64,000 nt of DNA from NCBI GenBank assembly GCA_037444365.1, contig JBBIMO010000006.1, forward strand, positions 167-64,166, read 5' to 3'. Both the position numbers and the translations under genes were made by a program. A model generated the notes under the pieces. The model worked only from the letters and a program-made list of their open reading frames with translations, was not told the DNA's origin and made no database searches. The DNA comes from Chloroflexota bacterium (lineage in GTDB: Bacteria > Chloroflexota > Dehalococcoidia > GIF9 > AB-539-J10). Positions 58,704 through 64,000 of the stretch are shown piece after piece (position 1 is the stretch's first letter; every line of letters begins with the position of its first letter).

Positions 58704-59591
58704 TCAGCTTTCAAGCCAGGCATCAGAGTATAGGGTCCCCCCGATAAGAACCCTGGCAGTCTTAACATAGTCAACTTCCTTCTGGGATAGGACGGACAGG
58801 TCTATGTCCTCCCCGTCCATAGCCTTATGAATAAGCTCGACAACTCTCGGCATCCCTCCCCCGATCAAGCTCATAAGCTCTGTGTCCAATGGGTCAGCGA
58901 TGGCTGAATAAAGTCCATTTCTCGCAAGCATGACCAGATAAGTGCGGTTAAGAAGCGGCCTAAGTGCCCCTGGGACCCCATTAGACGTATTGGAAAGCCC
59001 TACTGTGGATTTAACCCCGGGCAAAACATCCTCAAGTATCTTGATGAATTCCAGATTTAGCACAGTGAACCTCTGTCCCTCTCCAGCCGTGCTGATGGGG
59101 AGAAGTATGGGGTCAACCCAGATATCTTCATTTGGAATTCCCAGCTCATTGGCATACTCAACCGTGCCCATAATGCTATCTATTTTGGACTCAACATCCG
59201 GGGGCATCCCCTTATCCGTCATCACCGAAAGCACTACATTGCAGTTATGCTTTTTGGCCAAAGGAAGCATCTGCTCCTTGGAAATAGCTTTTCCTGAAGC
59301 GGAGTTGAGCAGGGGTCTTTGCCGACAAGCCTTTAAGCCCGCCTCCATAGCCACGGGATTCAGGGTATCTATAGACAAAGGTAAATCAGTAGCCTCCTGC
59401 ACTGCGTTGACCAACCACTGCATGGTCTCTTCAGTGTCTTTCTTCATTGGGCCAACGTTCAGGTCAATGTAGTCCGCTCCAGCTTCAGCTTGGGCCCTAG
59501 CTAAGCTCTGAATCACCTTGGGATCTCTTTCTCTTATCGCTGTGGAAACCTCTTTAGCTATGACATGTATATTCTCGCCGACAATGACCAT
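58704..59591 (-). CDS. acsE: Methyltetrahydrofolate:corrinoid/Fe-S protein methyltransferase (pterin-binding MeTr)
   Basis: 'IVGENIHV', 'GADYIDLNVGP', 'PLSIDT' and 'VGLSNTSNG' form a DHPS-like pterin-binding barrel. The start is set at the ATG preceded by GGAGG (M16 of the track ORF). Confidence 0.85.
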   Translation of the reverse strand: MVIVGENIHVIAKEVSTAIRERDPKVIQSLARAQAEAGADYIDLNVGPMKKDTEETMQWLVNAVQEATDLPLSIDTLNPVAMEAGLKACRQRPLLNSASGKAISKEQMLPLAKKHNCNVVLSVMTDKGMPPDVESKIDSIMGTVEYANELGIPNEDIWVDPILLPISTAGEGQRFTVLNLEFIKILEDVLPGVKSTVGLSNTSNGVPGALRPLLNRTYLVMLARNGLYSAIADPLDTELMSLIGGGMPRVVELIHKAMDGEDIDLSVLSQKEVDYVKTARVLIGGTLYSDAWLES

Positions 59592-59639
59592 TTCGAATAC
59601 CTCCACTCTGTTGCTTTGAGGGCCGAAACAAACCATCGA

Positions 59640-59668
59640 AATATAGCAGGGAAAAGTCTAGTTGTCAA
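59640..59668 (-). promoter_or_regulatory. Candidate sigma-70-type promoter in front of acsE (head of the long minus-strand array)
   Basis: The minus strand reads TTGACA-17 nt-TATATT, with the -10 ending about 48 nt upstream of the acsE ATG. It lies in the only sizeable non-coding gap upstream of the array. Confidence 0.45.
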
Positions 59669-59839
59669 ACACCGCTGCCTTTCAAGCGATTTCCACACCT
59701 GCATCAAACTCATTGACTTATCACCAGAGACGGACCTGCAGACATCTCCAATCAACGTCCATTGCACCGCTCTGCTATAATTCCTGTGAATAGCAACCAG
59801 CGGACAAATCGCACGATGCTGGCGATCGCCTATGGATGA

Positions 59840-60368
59840 ATGGCCAAGGACCATTACGGGATTCCGGGCGTATCTCGCGGCGCCTCTGGCGCAGGGGTCA
59901 AGAAGGCCTGTCGGAAACTGGCCATGCAATATCATCCTAGCTGTAAACCCTGCAAAGGGAAATGGGCCAATGACAAATTCAAGGAAGTCAACGAGGCTTA
60001 CGGAGCCCCCGGCGACCCTCAGAAGAGGAACCAACATGACCACTTTGGCACTGTCGGCAATGCAGGCGACATCTCTAGCAGTCCTTTCACCGCAACCACA
60101 TTGGAGGAAATGATGAAAGATTTCGGCGGGGCTGGTCTGAGACTCAACTTTCTCGATGAGGTATTTGGCGACTTCTTGAAGGGTAGCGGCCCCTCCTTAT
60201 CCTTTAGGACCTTCGGAAGCAAAGAGGATACTAAGGGGACGAGGGAAGAGATTGGACATAAGAATTCCTGCCGGGGTGAAACCGGGCGACGTGGTGAGAC
60301 ATGGGAATGTCCCCCAAACGAGCGGCGGCTTGCTGGGCGATATTCTGATCCAAGTTGCAGTCAAATAG
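59840..60368 (+). pseudogene. Degenerate, frameshifted and truncated dnaJ/cbpA-like gene
   Basis: The frame from 59840 gives a J-domain relic, 'DHYGIPGVSRGAS..VKKACRKLAMQYHPSCKP...KFKEVNEAYGAPGDPQKRNQHDHFG', with HPD changed to HPS and many conserved residues lost. A different frame (about 60180-60368) gives 'GKRLDIRIPAGVKPGDVVRHGNVPQTSGGLLGDILIQVAVK*', a DnaJ CTD-I strand. The zinc finger and CTD-II are missing. Confidence 0.65.
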
Positions 60369-60390
60369 GCGCGAGGCTTGTGAAGAGAGG

Positions 60391-61026
60391 ATGAAGGAAA
60401 CAAGGGTGACATTCCCCTGCGGTGAGCTTGCCCTCGAAGGAATACTGCAGATACCGGGAGGTGCCGGACGTTTCCCGGCGGTGATAGTCTGCCACCCTCA
60501 TCCGCTTTACGGGGGCAGCATGGATAACAATGTGGTCTGCAGCCTCACTCAAACATTGACACGGGCACTGTTCGTTTCATTCAGATTCAACTTCCGCGGA
60601 GTAGGTGAGAGTCAAGGAGAGTTCGATCACGGAATAGGAGAACAGGACGATGCTGAAGCAGCCATTGCCTTTGTGAGTACCATAGAACAAGTGGACCCCA
60701 GGAGAATCGGGCTTGCCGGCTATTCGGCTGGTGCCGGCTTTGCTTTCCTTACTGGCTCCAGAGATGCCCGAATTAAAGCACTAGCGGCGGTCTCGCCCCC
60801 GCTCAATATGTTCGACTTTGACTTCCTCAGAGACTGCTCCAAACCAAAATTCCTTATCTCGGGAAGTAGGGACAGTTTCACACCCACCAGCCAATTCCTC
60901 GAGTTTTGCCAGAGCCTACCTCAGCCCAAGGAGTGCCAAGTCATTGAAGCAGCAGACCATTTCTGGTGGGGATATGAATCTAGCCTGGCTGCCGAAGTGA
61001 CTAGTTTCTTCACCAGAAATTTGTAG
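60391..61026 (+). CDS. Alpha/beta-fold hydrolase (COG2945-like)
   Basis: It has 'AVIVCHPHPLYGGSMDNNVV', the nucleophile elbow 'GLAGYSAGAG' and 'ADHFW' (catalytic His). The start is at the ATG preceded by GAGAGG. Confidence 0.7.
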   Translation: MKETRVTFPCGELALEGILQIPGGAGRFPAVIVCHPHPLYGGSMDNNVVCSLTQTLTRALFVSFRFNFRGVGESQGEFDHGIGEQDDAEAAIAFVSTIEQVDPRRIGLAGYSAGAGFAFLTGSRDARIKALAAVSPPLNMFDFDFLRDCSKPKFLISGSRDSFTPTSQFLEFCQSLPQPKECQVIEAADHFWWGYESSLAAEVTSFFTRNL

Positions 61027-61190
61027 TCTCAGCCTGACCCTATACGGCGCTCTACGCACTTGCCAAAGCGGGTTTTGCATACCAGTACATTAGATGGTAG
61101 TATTGCAGGTTACGTCGGAGCATTCACTTTGAAGAGCCACCTACGAGACGACTCTGCTCCGAAGCGATCAAAGACAGAAATCTTCGTGCC

Positions 61191-62471
61191 ATGCACTGGA
61201 ACTTAGCTTGGAAGCCACGTAGGATATTCTACGGGTGGTGGGTGGTTGTCGCCTGCTTCTTTATCTCGCTCTACACGGGCGGAGTGGTCTTCTATGGGTT
61301 CACTGCTTTCTTCGAACCGCTAGCAACTAAATTTGATTGGAGCTATGCGCAAATCTCATTTGCCGCCTCGCTCCGCGGCATGGAAGCTGGCCTTCTTGCC
61401 CCGGTGGTTGGAATACTCGTCGACCGGTGGGGCCCGAGACGTCTTCTGTTCGGGGGAACGATTGTTTCCAGTCTGGGGTTGATACTTCTGAGTCATACCA
61501 ATTCACTAGCCATGTTCTACGGAGCTTTTCTACTGCTGGCCGTAGGCATGAGCGTTTGTAGCAGCACAGTGCTAATGACAGCAGTTGCCCACTGGTTCAG
61601 GAGGAAAATAGGCATAGCCACCGGGGTCATGGTCTCCGGCTACGGCTTCAGTGGCCTGCTCGTTCCGGTCATAGTTCGACTCATTGACACATATGAATGG
61701 CAAAAGGCTCTCACTATCCTTGCCATAGGCATGCTGGCCCTGTGTCTCCCACTTTCCATTCTAGTTCGCCACAAACCTGAACAATATGGCTATAGGCCCG
61801 ATGGTGACGCGGAAGGCGCTCCAACCTCGAGCAACAATTCGGCTCAGGCAGCAATTGCCGAAGTGAATATTGCGACCAGACAGGCCCTTAAGAGCCGTAC
61901 CTTCTGGCACATAGCCCTGTCATTACTATGCCAGGCAACAATAGTGAGTGCCGTGGTTACACACATAATGCCATACCTCAACAGCATCCAGATCACCCGG
62001 GCACATTCGAGCCTAGTAGCTAGCCTTCTCGCACTGGTAAGCATCGTGGGCCGGCTCGTCCTGGGGTGGCTTGGAGACAGGTTCGACACAAGGCGAGTAA
62101 TGGCCAGTGCCTTTGCCATGATGTGCGGGGGCTTACTCTTCCTTGGATTTGCTTCCTCGGACACCGTATGGCTGCTAACGCCTTTCCTTATACTTTTCGG
62201 TGTCGGCTACGGGGGCAACAACACGCTGAGAGCTTCCGTGATAAGGGAGTCCTTTGGCAGAACTAGCTTCGGCACCATCCATGGTTTCGTACTGGGCACA
62301 ATGGCACTGGGAAGCGTCGCCGGCCCTCCTCTAGCCGGATGGGTATTTGATAACTCGGGCAGCTATCACACAATATGGCTTGCCTTTGCGGGCCTAGCCA
62401 TCGCAGCCATGTTGCTCGCTCTGACCACCCCACCAGCCACCTATGCCACCCAACCAAGCCACAACAGCTGA
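61191..62471 (+). CDS. MFS transporter
   Basis: It has about 12 hydrophobic segments and MFS motif A, 'GILVDRWGPRRLL', with a second copy 'GWLGDRFDTRRVM' in the C-terminal half. Confidence 0.85.
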   Translation: MHWNLAWKPRRIFYGWWVVVACFFISLYTGGVVFYGFTAFFEPLATKFDWSYAQISFAASLRGMEAGLLAPVVGILVDRWGPRRLLFGGTIVSSLGLILLSHTNSLAMFYGAFLLLAVGMSVCSSTVLMTAVAHWFRRKIGIATGVMVSGYGFSGLLVPVIVRLIDTYEWQKALTILAIGMLALCLPLSILVRHKPEQYGYRPDGDAEGAPTSSNNSAQAAIAEVNIATRQALKSRTFWHIALSLLCQATIVSAVVTHIMPYLNSIQITRAHSSLVASLLALVSIVGRLVLGWLGDRFDTRRVMASAFAMMCGGLLFLGFASSDTVWLLTPFLILFGVGYGGNNTLRASVIRESFGRTSFGTIHGFVLGTMALGSVAGPPLAGWVFDNSGSYHTIWLAFAGLAIAAMLLALTTPPATYATQPSHNS

Positions 62472-62534
62472 CCAACCGCTTTGAAGAGGATTGCAAATAC
62501 GCCGGGTCAAGTGCAGCATTGCATTTGACGCCGT

Positions 62535-62999
62535 TCACTGCTGAAGGTCAAGGATATCATCGAGTATAGAGGCTGCATCATAGACAAGGCCAGCACACTT
62601 GGTTCGAAAGACTCCGCTATCTCTTGCTGATTTGAGTTCACGGGCATTACTCAAGTCATATCCGATGAGTTCCCGACATTCGGTGGAGCCATGAAGTGCT
62701 GTAAACCTGCCTATGAACTCCTTCGCTAACCGGTGTGTCTCTTGTCTGGACTTCTCGTCACTCAGATTCACCTGACCGTGTTTCAGCCCGATAACCATAA
62801 TTGCTCCGGTCACAGCACCACACGTCCTCCCCATGCGCCCTATTCCGCCCCCAAACCCGCAGCCAATCTTCAAAGCCAATTCCTTCTCTAGCCCCAGCTG
62901 TTGACTGTATGTTGCAAACACTGCAGGGGCGCAGGAAAAGCCCTTTTCCAGTTGCTTCTTTGCTTCCTCTGCTTTGCTCATCCTCTTCCCTACAGTCAT
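62535..62999 (-). CDS. C_GCAxxG_C_C family putative redox protein
   Basis: 'GFSCAPAVFATY', 'GFGGGIGRMGRTCGAVTGAIMVIG', 'CRELI' and 'CAGLV' reproduce the family Cys pattern. Confidence 0.7.
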   Translation of the reverse strand: MTVGKRMSKAEEAKKQLEKGFSCAPAVFATYSQQLGLEKELALKIGCGFGGGIGRMGRTCGAVTGAIMVIGLKHGQVNLSDEKSRQETHRLAKEFIGRFTALHGSTECRELIGYDLSNARELKSARDSGVFRTKCAGLVYDAASILDDILDLQQ

Positions 63000-63106
63000 A
63001 GAAATCTATCTCCATCATATCTCTGAAGACTTCAAGAAGTAAAGACCAGTCTTAGACCACAACGCATTGACTAAGTGATTGCTGCGACGGTGTCACGACA
63101 GAGTCG

Positions 63107-64000
63107 TTATCGCGTCTTGCGACGGAGCTTGCTACAGACTGTCTCAATTCGTGCCAGTGCTTCGTCAATATCCGAGGATGACACCATGCGATGAGTAACC
63201 GCACGGAAGGGGCGACCATCGCGCAGGCCTACCTTCACGCCTGTTCCTTCAAGGCTCTCCACAAACTCGACAACAGACCACTCCGGGGGTATGTGGAACA
63301 TCACGATGTTGGTAGCCACATCATCCTGAGCCAGCTTAATCCCTTTGATGCCCGCCAGGCCCTCCGCCAGACGTTTCGCATTAGCATGATCTTCCGCCAG
63401 ACGATCTATCATGGTCTCCAGTGCCACGATGCCCGCAGCAGCGATAACCCCCGCCTGGCGCATACCGCCACCCAACATCTTACGAAACTTCCGCGCCCGC
63501 CCTACGAAGTCCTTGCTCCCACATAGAAGCGACCCAACCGGCGCACTCAGCCCCTTGGAAAGACACAATGCCACTGAATCTGCACCCCGTGCCAACGCAG
63601 ACACCGACACGCCTAGGGCAACTGCTGCGTTGAAAATGCGTGCGCCATCCAGATGCACTTTTAGTCCACGCCCATGGGCTAGATCACACACTTCGTTTGT
63701 GTACTCTTCTGTAAGGACAGCGCCGCCACAGCGATTATGCGTGTTCTCCAGACAAATGAGCGCCGTCCTCGGGTAGTGGATATCCTTGCTGCGAATCGCC
63801 GGTTCGATGTCATCCAGATTCAGACGTCCACAGTTATCAGTCGGCACGGTACGCACGGTTACACCGCCCAGGACCGAAGCGCCACCCACTTCATACCAGA
63901 AGATGTGTGCCTCATCTCCCAGTATGACCTCGTCTCCACGGTTAGTATGAGTGAGCACTGCCACAAGATTACTCTGGGTGCCAGAGGTGACGAAGAGCGC
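63107..64000 (-). CDS. ltaE: Low-specificity L-threonine aldolase (5' partial; frame open to the window edge)
   Basis: It has 'ALFVTSGTQSNL' (from nt 63965-64000), 'RGDEVILGDEAHI', 'ICLENTHN', 'HLDGARIFNA' and the PLP-Lys segment 'CLSKGLSAPVGS'. Confidence 0.8.
   Translation of the reverse strand, partial: ALFVTSGTQSNLVAVLTHTNRGDEVILGDEAHIFWYEVGGASVLGGVTVRTVPTDNCGRLNLDDIEPAIRSKDIHYPRTALICLENTHNRCGGAVLTEEYTNEVCDLAHGRGLKVHLDGARIFNAAVALGVSVSALARGADSVALCLSKGLSAPVGSLLCGSKDFVGRARKFRKMLGGGMRQAGVIAAAGIVALETMIDRLAEDHANAKRLAEGLAGIKGIKLAQDDVATNIVMFHIPPEWSVVEFVESLEGTGVKVGLRDGRPFRAVTHRMVSSSDIDEALARIETVCSKLRRKTR

Noticed and set aside
23110-59636. Search for an HdrB (CCG-domain) gene and for folate-branch genes fhs/folD within the cluster.
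   Set aside because: No ORF shows the CxnCCGxnCxxC pattern or FTHFS/FolD motifs. Their absence is recorded as an observation, not as a feature. They may lie outside the window.
59558-60043. 161-aa minus-strand ORF spanning the acsE upstream region and the dnaJ relic.
   Set aside because: It has no recognisable motif. It overlaps the acsE 5' end, the candidate promoter and the J-domain relic on the other strand. Its composition looks non-coding.
62506-62529. Hairpin GTCAAGTGCA-GCAT-TGCATTTGAC between the convergent MFS and C_GCAxxG genes.
   Set aside because: The stem needs a G-U pair and is not followed by a T-tract on either strand. It is plausible but not strong enough to list as a terminator.

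Overview
This 64-kb window appears to come from an anaerobic bacterium of about 52% GC. A Chloroflexota/Dehalococcoidia-like origin is only a guess. I saw no rRNA, tRNA, CRISPR array or transposase.

The left third (1-23 kb) holds housekeeping and accessory metabolism:
- a 5'-truncated surface protein, def and a crotonase
- a pxpCBA 5-oxoprolinase cluster flanked by DUF4392 and DUF1445 genes
- a class-III aminotransferase and an M16 peptidase
- groES-groEL with a near-perfect CIRCE operator
- an XRE-HTH/DUF2851 pair
- a leucine-dehydrogenase-family gene followed by a four-subunit 2-oxoacid:ferredoxin oxidoreductase
- tsaD and mobA

From about 23.1 to 59.7 kb nearly every gene belongs to a Wood-Ljungdahl / electron-bifurcation super-cluster, almost all on the minus strand with tiny or overlapping junctions:
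- an archaeal-type CODH/ACS (cdhA-cdhB-cdhC) combined with acsC, acsD and a bacterial-type acsE
- two NuoE/NuoF (HydBC-like) pairs
- cooC and a cytoplasmic [NiFe] hydrogenase with its protease
- two Cys-type formate dehydrogenases
- three metF and two metV paralogues
- four HdrA-related genes, one HdrC-like gene and MvhD (once free, once fused), but no HdrB
- an embedded cNMP-domain histidine kinase with two receiver-only response regulators

The most unusual point is an HdrA flavoprotein core split across two genes. A formate dehydrogenase catalytic subunit is translationally coupled between the two halves.

The right end carries an alpha/beta hydrolase, an MFS transporter, a C_GCAxxG_C_C protein and a 5'-truncated threonine aldolase. 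Several decayed gene remnants are visible: clear M16 peptidase 3' and dnaJ/cbpA fragments, plus a tentative fdhD-like tail. All functional calls rest on motif recognition by eye. No database search was run.
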